64,000 bases of DNA from contig NC_057718.1 of assembly GCF_004010195.1 (NCBI RefSeq), forward strand, positions 100,197,578-100,261,577, read 5' to 3'. Position numbers and translations under genes: made by a program. The DNA is from Chiloscyllium plagiosum (Eukaryota). A model generated the notes under the pieces. It had not been told where the DNA came from, did not search any database, and saw nothing but the letters and a program-made list of their open reading frames with translations. The number at the start of each line of letters is the position of its first letter. Position 1 is the stretch's first letter. Below, piece by piece: positions 13,014-25,289 of the stretch.

Positions 13014-13179
13014 CAGAGGAACCTTGATTATCCAAATGATATTAGCAGGAAGCTAATATGTCCGGATAATCGAATGTTCGGATAATCGAATGCCGGATAA
13101 CACAGTTTAGCCAAGAATTGGGACCTTGCGATCTTGCCAGATAATCCAATATTCAGATAAACAAATTGAGGTTCCTCTG
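13014..13179. mobile_element. Tc1/pogo-type MITE
   Basis: TIR cagaggaacct...aggttcctctg with TA TSD; internal ggataatcgaa repeats; inserted in a LINE tail (12770-13265). Confidence 0.85.
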
Positions 13180-13544
13180 TACCTGCTGCTTTTGTCCTTC
13201 CAGATGGAAGTGGTCATGGATTTGGAAGGTGCTGCCTAAGAAGACTGGGTGAGTTGCTGGTCTATGGTCTGAAAGATGTGTCAATTGCTAAACAAGCCGC
13301 AATAAGGGGATGTAAAGATGAAACTTCGATGAGACTTGGCTTCCTTTGGAATCTCACTCCAGAATGGTGACTGAGACAGTCAGACATACACCTCTATCAA
13401 GACTTTACCTGCTGAAGGAGCAGTGCTCAAAAAGCTTGTGATTTCAAATAAACCTGTCGGACTAAAACTGAGTGTCATGTGACTTCTGACCTTGTCCACC
13501 CCAGTCCAACACCGGTATCTCCACATCATTTGTTTTCGGCATAC

Positions 13545-13956
13545 CCGTGTCAAAATCAAGTTTCTCAGACAATGTTTCAGTTAAAAGAGAGTGAAGGTTT
13601 GCAGTGGATTGCAATCCTCTCTGTCCCATCAACCTCACTCTCAGACATTGTTACTGACAACCACACCTCCCCAAAAGTATTGCAAAAGGAGTCACGGTCT
13701 ATATGTAAACACCAGGAACTGTACTCTGCTGATTCAATTCAACGCTGATTCACTATCCTGTGATTTTTTTTTAATTCACCTATGGGACTTGGGCATCGCT
13801 GGCTAGCCACATGCATAGCCCATTCCTGTTTGCCTTTGAAGATGGTGGTGAGAATAGCTTTGCACCAAGACTCCAGTTTGACTCCGGGGGAAGCAGAGGC
13901 CAGTGCTAAGTACAAAGAGTTTGTATATATTTTCTAGCTGTAAGTTGGGGGTCAAC
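13545..13956 (-). pseudogene. Pseudo-exon N, interrupted by a short SINE/LINE tail (~13764-13847)
   Basis: cttttcatttgcttcgtcgatag|G. Reads LTPNLQLENIYKLFVLSTGLCFPRSQTGVLVQSYSH/RIVNQR*IESAEYSSWCLHIDRDSFCNTFGEVWLSV in frame across the insert; donor CGG|gtatgc. Confidence 0.65.
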
Positions 13957-14519
13957 CTATCGACGAAGCAAATGAAAAGTAAATGATTATTTTGGTCAAT
14001 ACGAAAGTGTCAATCTTAATTTGATAGCGATCATTTCTCGAATATTTACAATTCTTAAGACGTTAATGATATGTGACTTTTGTGAACGTGATTTCATTAT
14101 CAGGTTATTAAATAGAGTCAGATGCAGGTGTTTTTTTAATGGAAAGTGCATGACTTTTCATACATTTTGTAACTTGTACTACAGAATTTACATTGCAGTA
14201 CCCAGGATGAACAGGAGGGGACTCTAACAGCCAAAAGATGTGACAGCTATTAAAGTATAAGTGACAATATACTGTTTCTTTTCCTGGGATTTAAGATAAT
14301 AGCTCATGGTGTATTGGCACTGAATTATTGAACCAGGTAATTCTCTGGGGATCAGAATGTGAATCCTACCATGTAATTAAAAACCTTAAGATGAAATAGT
14401 TTTCATTTAAAATCCCATGTGCTTTTCAAATCAGACAAGCATATCCAGTCTGGCTGATTATGACTACAACAACAATGTCCATTCTTCACCGTTCTCCGAA
14501 ATGGCCTCACGCAGTGATG

Positions 14520-15425
14520 TCAATTTGCTAAAAGATTCTCAAACTCTGAAACCAGGCGGACCACTCAGGAGCCTGACATGACAACGCTAACCACAGCCGT
14601 GTTGAACCTGCAAGACCTTCCTCATCCTCACACCCGGGGGCTAGTACCAAAATTGGGAGACCTGTCTCACAGTCTGGTTGAGCAACAGACTGATATGATC
14701 CTACTCACAGAACACCTTCCAGGCAATGTCCCAGACATCAGGCCCAGCTGAGGTGTCTGCACAGTGGTACACAGCTGGGACAGAGCTGCCCTGGAAGCCC
14801 TCGACATTAACTCTGGACCCCATGAAGTCTCATGGCTTCAGGTTAAACACGAACAAGGAAAACCCCTACTAATTATCATGAACCATCCTCCATCCGCTGG
14901 TGAATCAGCACTTTGCGACTCAGAGGAAGACTTAGGGTGGCAAGGGCACAGAATGTACTCTGGATGGGGGACCTTGGCATCCATCAAACTGGTTGCAATC
15001 TAAAGGACATTGACGTTCAACTGAATCTGCAGCAGGTGGTGAGGGAACCAATAACAGGGAAAAACATACTTGACCTCGTTCTTACCAATCTGCTAGCTGC
15101 AGTATCGATAAGAGTGACCACTGCACAGTCCTGGCGGAGATAAAGTCCTGCTTTCCATTGAGAATAACTTCCATTGTGTTGTGTGGCACTATCACCGTGC
15201 TAAATGGGACAGACTTCAAATAGATCTAGCAACTCAAGTCTGGGCATCCATGAAGCACTTTGGTCCATCAACAGCAATAAGATCACACTCCAACACAACC
15301 AGCAACCTCAATCATAGCCTGAAACCTAAAGGTTCCCTAGTCAGCACCTTCAAAAGTATGACCTCTACCATCTAGAAGGACAAGGGCAGCAGGTACATGG
15401 GAACATCGCAACCTACAACTCCCCC
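14520..15425 (+). mobile_element. Decayed CR1/L2-group LINE (AP endonuclease region plus 3' piece)
   Basis: GLVPKLG.LSH.LV.QQ.D.I.LTE; QNVLWMGD; LQQVVREP.TGKNILDLVLTN; WHYHRAKWDRL. Same family tail at 21620-21950, 28810-29110 and 56030-56260. Confidence 0.7.
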
Positions 15426-15507
15426 CTTCAAATTAGTTCAAATAATTACTTGAAGACTGCTACACAAACTCTCCTAGATTGGAAGCTTCACAGACCAAAC
15501 ATCATTT

Positions 15508-15607
15508 GGACTTTTGCTGCTCCTCGGATGCTGCCTGACCTGCTGTGCTTTTCCAGCACCACTCTGATCTGAACTCTGGTTTCCAGCATCTGCAGTCCTC
15601 ACTTTTG
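15508..15607 (+). mobile_element. Short PLE 3' fragment with 13-bp TSD
   Basis: TSD ccaaacatcattt at 15495-15507 and 15608-15620; the insert starts close to the predicted hammerhead cleavage site. Confidence 0.8.
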
Positions 15608-16752
15608 CCAAACATCATTTCTGATGAGCTAACTAGCTCCCTTGAATTGAACTGAATTGAAGTGAACCAACTCCTACTAAGATACAATTATTCCACTTTT
15701 GAAGCACAAATATAAAAGGCTGGTGTAACTCGGCATTTCTGTCACTGGACCCGAAATGTGAAATCTATTTTCTCCCCACAGATGCTGCCAGACCTGCTGA
15801 GTTTCTCTAGCAATTCTGATTTCCATCAGCTGGTGTCGGTTTCATTTTAGTGAAACCCACATCCCCCTGTTAGAATAAAACTTTATACAGCCGGAGGTGG
15901 CTAATATGTTGCAAGCTGATCCTAATTGGTTGAGGCAAATTTAAGATAACCTATTGAGTTCATAGTATGGTTAGTTTGCTAATCTCAGCTGCAGAATATA
16001 TTCACACATTCTGTGCTAATACAAGAATATTGTGTTAAATTATATTCCCATGTATCTGCTGCCCTTGTCCTTCTTGATAGTAGAGGTTTGGAAGGTGCTG
16101 TTGAAGGAGCCTTGACGTTCCAAGTCATGACTGAGATTACAGATTGTGTTAGAGTGTGATGGCCAAGTGGTGTTCACGTTAGGTTATTAATCCAAAAGCA
16201 CAGCTAATGTGTTGGAGTCCTGGGTTCAAATCCCACCACGGCAGATGGTGGATTTTGAATCTGGAGCTAAGGGTCTAATGATGACTATGAAATGATTGTT
16301 GGGGGGAAAAACTCATCTAGTTCATCAATGTCCTTTAGGGAAGGCAACTCCCATCCTTACCTGGTCTGGCCTACATGTGACTCCAGACCCACAGCAATAT
16401 GATTGATTCTTAATTGCCTGATGGACAATAAATGCAGGCCTAGCTAGAGATGCCCACATTCTGTGAGTATTTATTTTAAAAATGTCCAAGGGTGGCATCT
16501 TTTGGAATTACCTGGATGCTTGGGGAGCTTATTATTTCTGATTGTTGTCTCCATGGCAATGCCTCAGCCAATCAGAGTTGAGTTGGTAACCAGTCAGCAA
16601 TTCCTCCCCTGATGTAGTATAAATTGTTGTGATCATGTGAATTTTGACATTCTTAAATGTGTCCTGATGAGTGGAAGATGAAAAGCTTTAACATGTCTCT
16701 CTTTCTAGCAATAACATTTTAATCGACTAAACAGGCCAGGGAATGGCATATC

Positions 16753-17420
16753 TAAAGGGGCAGTACAGAGAGATCTGGGTGTTCTTGTACACCAGTCAAT
16801 GAAAGAAAGCATGCAGGTACAGCAGGTAGTGAAGAAGGCTAATAGCATGCTGGCCTTCATAACAAGAGGAATTGAGTATAGAAGCAAAGAGGTGCTTCTG
16901 CAGCTGTACAGGGCCCTGGTGAGACCACACCTGGAGTACTGTGTGCAGTTCTGGTCTCCAAATTTGAGGAAAGAAAATTCTGGCTATTGAGGGAGTGCAG
17001 CGTAGGTTCACGAGGTCAATTCCTGGAATGGTGGGATTACCTTACACTGAAAGACTGAAGCAACTGGGCTTGAGTTTAGAAGACTGTGAGAGGGGATCTG
17101 ATTGAGACATATAAGATTATGAAAGGATTGGCCACTCTGGCAGCAGGAAACATGATTTAGGACAGAGATGAGGAGAAACTTGTTCACCCAGAGAGTGGTG
17201 GCTGTGTGGAATGCTCTGCCCCAGAGGGCAGTGGAGGCCCAGTCTCTGGATTCATTTAAGAAAGAGTTGGATAGAGCTCTCAAAGATAGTGAAATCAAGG
17301 GTTATGGAGATAAGGCAGGAACAGGATACTGATTGAGGATGATCAGCCATGATCATATTGAATGGCGGTGCAGGCTCGAAGGGCTGAACGGCCTATTCCT
17401 GCACCTATTGTCTATTGTCT
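16753..17420 (+). mobile_element. CR1 LINE 3' fragment
   Basis: KKANSMLAFITRGIEYRSKEVLLQLYRALVRPHLEYCVQFWSP; tail (tattgtc)n. Confidence 0.9.
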
Positions 17421-17913
17421 AAATCTCTGTTCAGACACCCAGCTGAAACTGTGAATGGAAGGACAGGATCTGACAGTCAAACTATGTTTGATGACTAGTG
17501 TCTAATGCCAACATTCCATAAATAATGCTGATTTGGTGAGCATAAAACGTGGTTCTCTAGCACCTGAAGGACTTGGGGCAATGGGTCATTGCACTGAGGA
17601 GTAGGGAAATTGGAACAAATTGGCAGAGAAAGTAAAGAGAAACAGATAATTACAGAAAATAATGACTAACTGACTGTAAAAAGATGAATCAAAGATATTA
17701 GAGTCACAGAAGCATTAAAAAAAACAAAAATGAAGAGATCAGAGCGGTATTTCCATTCAATTAACTGCAAGAGAAATTCAAACTCCAGACAGTTATACAA
17801 GGATCAAAGGGGTTTTCATTGTTTGCTAACTAGTAAGCTCAGGATAATTGAATATGCTGATGGGCTATTATACAGTAAATGTGGAACAACATGGAGTCTC
17901 TGCTGTTGGAGAT

Positions 17914-18372
17914 TGTGAGAGACGATTTCGGTACAAATAGTTAAGATGTGCATGACCTCAGAGTCTAAGGGGAATAGAGCCGTGGGGGTAGGGTAAAACA
18001 TGCTTCTCTATAATAAAGGACGAGACAGAGTAGAAAAACAAGTCCTTGATTGATAAGACCACTAACTCTGACAGAGAAGAATAAGTCCTTGACTGATAAG
18101 ACTGCAGGCTAGAAAAACAACTAGGGAGACATATACTGCAGACTTTGTGATAAGGGTCCAGAATGGAAAAATAATGAATGTTCAGAATGTGAACCTCGTG
18201 ACTCTTTAGAGCTATAGAAGGGAGGAGCCTGAACTGTATTTAATCGAAAACTTTGTTAGCCTGGCGCGCCTTTTTTTTTCAAGGGTGCCCAACTCTGCAG
18301 ACTTGTTAATAAAACTTTGTTTTCCTGAATTTGTCTAGAGCGATTATTGAGAAGCGATTTTCGTTTCTAACA
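17914..18372 (+). mobile_element. Solo LTR (ERV- or BEL-like), 459 bp
   Basis: Termini tgtgagagacga and tcgtttctaaca (10/12 inverted match); perfect 5-bp TSD gagat; internal direct repeat aagtccttga.tgataagac; TATA-like ~18213; aataaa ~18308. Confidence 0.85.
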
Positions 18373-18642
18373 GAGATCAAGTTGGATTATAATAGCAAAG
18401 TTAATAGGAGGTAGTTAGGCATTTCATAGCCCCTGAATGATGGCTAAATTATAAAGGGAAACCATCCCTTAAAGACGAGGGAACGGATCTGCTTAAAATA
18501 GTAACAATGTCGAGCACAGTTATTTTGTGAAACTGGCAACAGCGACCTAGTTTAATCTTTTAATGTGTATGTTTCCTGTTACGTTGGTATTTAAGCCTCT
18601 CAAGAGGGGACTGGGACATGTGACGAAAATTAGAAAAATACT

Positions 18643-19410
18643 TAGAGTCATAGAGATGTACAGCATGGAAAACAGAACCTTCGGTCCGACCTGTCCATGC
18701 CGACCAGATATCCCACCCAGTCCCACCTGCCAGCACCCGGCCCATATCCCTCCAAACCCTTCCCATTCATATACCCATCCAAATGCCTCTTAAATGTTGC
18801 AGTCGTACCAGCCTCCACCACTTCCTCTGGCAGCTCATTCCAGACACGCACCACCCTCTGTGTGAAAAAGTTGCCCCTTAGGTCTCTTTTATATCTTTTC
18901 CCTCTCACCCTAAACCTATGCCCCTCTAGTTCTGGACTCCCTGACCCCAGGGAAAAGACTTTGCCTATTTACNNNNNNNNNNNNNNNNNNNNNNNNNNNN
19001 NNNNNNNNNNNNNNNNNNNNNNNNNNNNNNNNNNNNNNNNNNNNNNNNNNNNNNNNNNNNNNNNNNNNNNNNNNNNNNNNNNNNNNNNNNNNNNNNNNNN
19101 NNNNNNNNNNNNNNNNNNNNNNNNNNNNNNNNNNNNNNNNNNNNNNNNNNNNNNNNNNNNNNNNNNNNNNNNNNNNNNNNNNNNNNNNNNNNNNNNNNNN
19201 NNNNNNNNNNNNNNNNNNNNNNNGTGGCACTCCACTGGTCACAGGCCTCCAGTCTGAAAAACAACCCTCCACCATCACCCTCTGTCTTCTACCTTTGAGC
19301 CAGTTCTGTATCCAAATGGCTAGTTCTCCCTGTATTCCATGAGATCTAACCTTGCTAACCAGTCTCCCGTGGGGAACCTTGTCGAATGCCTTACTGAAGT
19401 CCATGTAGAT
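18643..19410 (-). mobile_element. CR1/HER1 LINE fragment spanning an N-gap
   Basis: YMDFSKAFDKVPHGRL...VTSGVP; FFTQRVVRVWNELP. Confidence 0.9.
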
Positions 19411-20404
19411 CACTCAGCTCCAGTACACATTCCCGTGACTGAGCACTTCTCCCAGATGGACAGGAATCCAACTAAGGATGGTAAGGAGGTACTTGCCACC
19501 TGCTTCCCAGCTGCTGAGAGATGTTGCAGGAGCAGACAGGCCCCACATTGTGTCAAGAGCCTGAGAAATGCATGGAGGCAGTAATATATGTCCGGAGTTT
19601 GGAGCAGGTACTTCAATTCACAACGGTTGTTTACTTACCTGCCGGCGATGTTTCACAAAAGGATCCATCCCAAAACTGCAGATTTCCCCCCAGGAAGACA
19701 CTTTATGAAGACTGCAGTGGTCTCTCTTACTGCCTGGTCTGGTTTGATAGCACCTTCCCTCACATGGAAGGATTTTTATTTTATTATTTTACGGGACTAA
19801 CTGTGTTAAAACCCCGCATTTGTTGTCGCATCCCTAATTGCCTTTGATCAGAGTGGCTCTCTAGGTCATTTCAGAGGGCAGTTAAGAGTTAGCCACATTG
19901 CTATGGCTCTGGTGTGTAGGTCAAACCAGGTAATGAAAGCAGATTTCCCTCCCTCACAGGCATCAGTAAATCAGTTGCATTTTTACAACAATTGATAACA
20001 GTTCTGTAATCACATTGACTGAGAATAGCTTCCATATTTCTAGTTTATTTAATTAATTGAATCTAAATTCCAACAACTGCTGTGGAGAGATTTAAACCTG
20101 AGTCCCCAAAATATCTCCCTGGGCCTGTAGAACATTAGTCCAGTGTCATCACTACTGCACCATTGCCCCTCCACTACCCACTGAGGAAACTGAAGATGGT
20201 CAGGATACCATCCACACACCCCCAAACCTCCAGTACAAGAACAACCCAAGGCCTGCTGATTGGACAGCTCGTAGTTGGAAGCCAGCTGGTGTCCCTGATT
20301 GGTTGGGGCACCCAGCAGCAGCTTCTTAATTGGATGCCCCCAAGACGGTCAGATCCACGGACACTGCAGCACTGACATTTACCACTGGTGACCGTGCCTG
20401 TGAC

Positions 20405-21152
20405 TACTGAATTGAATTTATTGTCACGTGTACCGAGACACAGTGAAAAGCTTTGTCTAGCAAGCAATACAGGCAGATCACAGAGTTAAATAGCATAGAT
20501 AAGTAAATGATAGGTAAACAGTGGCAAGAACAAAAACACAGGTAGAGGCGAATGTTAAGAGTTTGTGATTCCATTCAGTATTCTAACAACAGTAGGGTAG
20601 AAACTCTTATGAAACTGGCTGGTGCATGTGTTCAGGCTCCTGAACCTTCTCCCCCATGGTAGAGGTTGTAGAAAAACATTGCCAGGGTGGGATGGATCTT
20701 TGAGAATGCTGGCAGCTTTTCCTTGACAGTGGGCCTGGTAGATGGATTCTATAGATGGGAGGTTGGCCTTTGTGATCGTCCAGGCCAAGTTCACTACTCT
20801 CTGTAACCATCTCCGATCTTGAATGGTACAGTTGCCATACCATCCATGGCGTACTTATAAATATTGGCAAGGGTATTCACCGTCATGCCAAATTTCCTCA
20901 GCTGCCCAAGGAAGAAGAGACGTTGTTGGGCCTTTGTAACCAGTGCGTCCACATGAAGAGTACAAGATGACCACTCCCAGGAGCTTGACACTCTCCACTT
21001 GTTCCATCTCTGTGCTGTTCATGTGTAGGGGGACAAGAGTAACATCCTGCTGAAAGTTCATTGGTTTTGCCAGCATTAAGAGCTAGGTTGTTCTCAGTGC
21101 ACCGTTTTTCCAGGTCTTCCACCCCCTGTCTGAAGTCTGTTTCGTCGCCATC
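20405..21152 (-). mobile_element. Rex/Babar-type LINE 3' fragment
   Basis: KAQQRLFFLGQLRKFG; LPSIESIY...KAASILKDPSHPG..FLQPLPWGRRFRSL; (ttcaa)-type tail. Confidence 0.8.
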
Positions 21153-22652
21153 AACAACAACGGTTCTTTTACTCACTCCATAAAACCTGCCACTTTTACC
21201 AAATTTTTGGTGACCTGTTCTAATTGTTCTATCCTAATTGGTATTGTATACGGAGTACCAATCATTGGTGACTTGTAGCTGGGACAGAGTGCTGCCATCT
21301 CTTCTACACTGAGGGTAAGGATCTATCCAATAGTAGAGAATAAACCACTACTGAAGAGACACTTGACTTACACAAGATGCAGTGCCCTACATGGCTGTAA
21401 TAAGTACAAGTTGCACAACTAGTTAGGCATTAATGAAAGACTATTAGGAGCCAGTAATGCCACATCTATCACCATCCAAACCTTGTCTTAAATTCCTTGG
21501 CTCTGTGTGACATCGTTGGATTGGGAATAGTTTAAACAGTTTTAACATTAAATCTTTCACCTTAATAAGCCGACACCTTATGCAATGTCTCCTCCTCAGA
21601 TAACATCGACACATCTACCAGATGTACTGCAGAAATTCACCAAAGATCCTCAGACAGCACCTTCCAAACCCATTCCAGGAAGGACAAGGGCAGCAGATAT
21701 ACGGGAACACTACCCCCTTCAAGTTCACCTCCAAGCCACTTGCCACCCTGACTCGGAAATGTATCGTCATTCCTTCACTGATGCTGGGTCAAAATCCTGG
21801 GATTCTCTCCTTAATGGCATTTTGGGTCAACCCACAGCACATGGACTGCGGCAGTTCAAGACAGCAGCTCACCCTCACCTTCTCAAGGGGCAACTAGGTA
21901 ATAAATGCTGGCCCAGCCAGCAACACCCACATCCCACTAAAATTAATTCTAAGAAACATTCACGTGTATAACTATATTTACGTTAGTGGTGTCTCACCTC
22001 GCACTTGCCCCCATCCTTCCAGGTCCCTGATTTCACACATTCTAGAGAATTCTGAAATTGTCCTTCGCAGCGGAACACTCCCCTGTGACCTCAGATCATT
22101 GTCCCACCACCTCATCCAGGAAACCATTAATGTTATGAATGGGTGTCATGGAATCCATGCTGAGAAGTGTATTTCCTCCTTGCAGTAATTGGATATTTTA
22201 GATCAGATCATTTCTTCTTAACCGTGTCCTGAACATGTCACCTTTGGTCTGTCTTCCCATGCAGCTCATTGTCAGTTTGTTCAAGCAAGCCGTTACTCTG
22301 ATCCATCCATGTTGAAGAGTGTTAGCTCTTCAACCTACCTTCATTTACCGTCTATGGTTGCCTTAATAGTGAACTAGGATTGATGTTTCCTCAGCATCAT
22401 TTTTGCCACCAATATTGACAACTCCTCAATGCAAGGCAAAGAGTTAAAATGTTGATCCTGAGTTTGAGTTGGATCATCATTTGACATCAAAGTCAAACCA
22501 GCTGTAAGTGTTCGTTCAGCGTACAATTTTAGTGCTTCGGTAATGAGCTCAGTTTTTTTTTTATTCTTTTACAGGATGTGAGTGTCACTGTTCAGGTCGC
22601 ACAACATCAGATTATATTCCAACAGGTTTGTTTGGAAGGAGAAAGTGAAGTA

Positions 22653-22875
22653 CAGTAGTTTCCCCCCCCCCCCCAAATCCGCAGGGAATACACTCCAAGA
22701 CCTACCAGGGAAGCCAGAATACATGGACTGTAGCAAACCCATTCATTTAATGTACCTTCCCAACAGCTCCTGGTCCGTGGTTCTGGAACGTTCCCTAAAA
22801 TATGTTCGGGCCGTGGTAAACTGCAGGTAACTAATATCTTTGAAACTGGACCCCGTGGGTACAGGGTTTGCCCTG
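22653..22875. mobile_element. Tigger/MER2-like MITE
   Basis: ta-cagtagtttcccc...atccgcaggg at left and cccgtgggtacaggg...ctg-ta at right; TA TSD. Confidence 0.7.
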
Positions 22876-23430
22876 TACTTGCTTTCAGAGCGCTGCTCCT
22901 TCATCAGGTAACTAGTGGGGCAGGATCATCAGACACAGAATTTGTAGCAAAAGATCACAGTGTCATGCAATTAAAACGATATATTGAACAAACCTCGATT
23001 ACTGTTAAGTCTTTCTTCTTTTAGAATGGGTTGCAGGTTTCGGTTCATTAAATCCCAGAACTTCTTTTAAGTCACATTCTCAAGATAACTTAAGGTTTTA
23101 TTAAAAAAAAGGTAACATCTCAGGTCAGACAATGCATTAAAGGTGTAGGGTTAGAGTCTGTCTGTATCCCAATCTTGAGTCAGACTGATTCTATTTCCAA
23201 CGTAGGAATTTATAAAATGTTACACGGATTGACTGCCTGCAGATTGTGTGTTTTTTGAGCAAAAATAGAATGTATCTGCAACTATAATGCTGAAATACAA
23301 ATTCACCCCATAGACTTATATGTGTGTGTATATGTGAGGGAGAGAGAGAGAATGAATGTGTGCATGTGAGTGTTTGCATATGAATGTGAATAAACCTGTT
23401 GGGCTCTAACCTGGTGTTGTGCTTTGTCAA

Positions 23431-23607
23431 GGAGAAAGTGAGGACTGCAGATGCTGGAGATCAGAGCTGAAAATGTGTTGCTGGAAAAGTGCAGCAGGTC
23501 AGGCAGCATCCAAGGAACAGGAGAATCGACGTTTCGGGCATAAGTCGATTCTCCTGTTTCTTGGATGCTGCCTGACCTGCTGCGCTTTTCCAGCAACACA
23601 TTTTCAG
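23431..23607. mobile_element. PLE family 1 hairpin insertion
   Basis: Arms inverted around the hammerhead; only one arm carries the tail; TSD ttgt(g/a)ctttgtcaa. Confidence 0.85.
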
Positions 23608-24565
23608 TTGTACTTTGTCAACCCTAGTCCAACACCGGCTCCTCCACATCATGACTGTCCAGGTCAACATTCATTCCTCATCCCCAATTGCTCAGAGGAC
23701 CTTTAAGAGTCAACCACATTACTGTGAGGTCTGGAGACACAGGGTAGGTAAGGACAGCAGATTTCCTTCCCTAAAAGACCTTAGTGAAGCGGGATGGGCT
23801 TTTTACAACAATCACCAATAGTTATATGATTGCAGTTGAGTCTTTCATCTTTTAGAATGGGTCACAGGTTTCGGTTCATTAATATGTAAATCCCAGAACT
23901 TCTTTTAAGTCACATTCTCAAGATAAAAGGTCAACCTTTTATATAATTCAAATTTCACCATCTGCCATGGTGGGTTTCAAACCCATGGCCTCCACAACAT
24001 TAGTTCGGGTTTACTGGATCACTGACATGGCCATTATTTTAGATTAGATTACATTACAGTGTGGAAACAGGCCCTTCGGCCCAACATGTCCACACCGACC
24101 CGCCGAAGCGCAACCCACCCATACCCCTAACCTAACACTACGGGCAATTTAGCACGGCCAATTCACCTTGCCTGCACATCTTTGGTCTGTGGGAGGAAAC
24201 CGGAGCAAACCCACGCAGACACGGGGAGAACGTGCAAACTCCACACAGTCAGTCGCCTGAGGCGGGAATTGAACCCGGGTCTCTGGCGCTGTGAGGCAGC
24301 AGTGCTAACCACCGTGCCACCGTCCAGCTCATTCTTGCTCTAAGTATTTTCTTCTTCTGGAAAATGTTACTGATTTTTGTCTTCTGAATCTTCTTAGGTG
24401 ATAACAATAATAAAAAACATTACCAGCTGTCCTGTAATGTCTGCAACTCCCTTCCTGCTGACAGTAGAACACCATTTTCTTATGCCAACATTAAGTAATC
24501 TCAATAAATTATTTCTTCTTTCAAGGTTTTGCCATAAGTCTAGGAAGCCCAAAGAAATCTTCATA

Positions 24566-24795
24566 AAAAACCAGAAGAATTGTGGACACTGGAAATCAGA
24601 AACAAAAAACAGAAATTGCTGGAAAAACTCAGCAGGTCTGGCAGCATCTGTGGTGAGAAATCAGAGTTAATGTTTTAGATCCAGTGACCCTTCCTCAGAA
24701 CCCAAGTGACTGGACCCGAAACATGAACTCTGATTTCTTTCCACAGATGCTGCCAGACCTGCTGGGTTTTTCCAGTATTTTCTGTTTTTGTTTTT
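24566..24795. mobile_element. PLE family 3 hairpin (similar at 29275-29470 with TSD atg(t/c)tatgacaca and 50140-50352; single arms at ~2643-2783, 7107-7241, 15738-15825, 51930-52032, 52211-52342)
   Basis: aaacagaaattgctggaaaaactcagcaggtctggcagcatc and its inverse; centred on a degenerate ctgaggaagggtcactggacccgaaac core. Confidence 0.75.
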
Positions 24796-25289
24796 TTTAG
24801 ACTCCCTACAATGTGGAAACAGGCCCTTCGGCCCAACCAGTCCACACCGACCCTCTGAAGAGTAACCCACCCATTTTCCTCTGACTAATGCACCTAACAC
24901 TACGGGCAATTTAGCGTGGCCAATTCACCTAACCTGCACATCTTTGGACTGTGGGAGGAAACCCACACAGACACGGGGAGAATGTGCAAACTCCACACAG
25001 ACAGTCGCCCGAGGCTGGAATCGAACCTGTCCAGGTCAACATTCATTGCTCATCCTCAATTGCCCAGAAGGCAGTTAAGATTCAACCACATTACTGTGAG
25101 GTCTGGAGACACAGGGTAAGTAAGGACAGCAGATTTCCTTCCCTAAAGAACCTTAGTGAAGCAGATAGATTTTTTACAACAATCACCAATAGTTATATGA
25201 TTGCTGTTGAGTCTTTCATCTTTTAGAATGGGTCACAGGTTTCGGTTCATTAATATGCAAATCCCAGAACTTCTTTTAAGTCATCGAAC

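Larger units (their letters stand above)
22597..23652. mobile_element. PLE family 2 with inverted termini, nested in SINE B
   Basis: Left ccaacaggtttgtttgg versus right aataaacctgttgg..ctggtgttgt plus tail; TSD actgt(t/c)caggtc; hammerhead-like ctgatgaaggagcagcgctctgaaa on minus at ~22882-22907. Confidence 0.7.
21998..24539 (-). pseudogene. Pseudo-exon M, split by a nested TE cluster (22552-24325)
   Basis: cttcctag|AC completes the Asp codon. Reads LWQNLERRNNLLRLLNVGIRKWCSTV...SKNE[insert, TSD agctca]LITEALKLYAERTLTAGLTLMSNDDPTQTQDQHFNSLPCIEELSILVAKMML in one frame; donor GAG|gtgaga. Confidence 0.7.

Noticed and set aside
19633..19760. Strong donor CAG|gtaagt on the minus strand
   Set aside because: No convincing acceptor upstream, and exons M and N already join in phase without it; left uncalled.
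22190..22440. Resemblance to a Myb/SANT (Harbinger) domain: EELSILV...W.RV...VKKK*SDLK
   Set aside because: The motifs lie in three different frames with wrong spacing; the segment is better explained as the in-frame continuation of pseudo-exon M.
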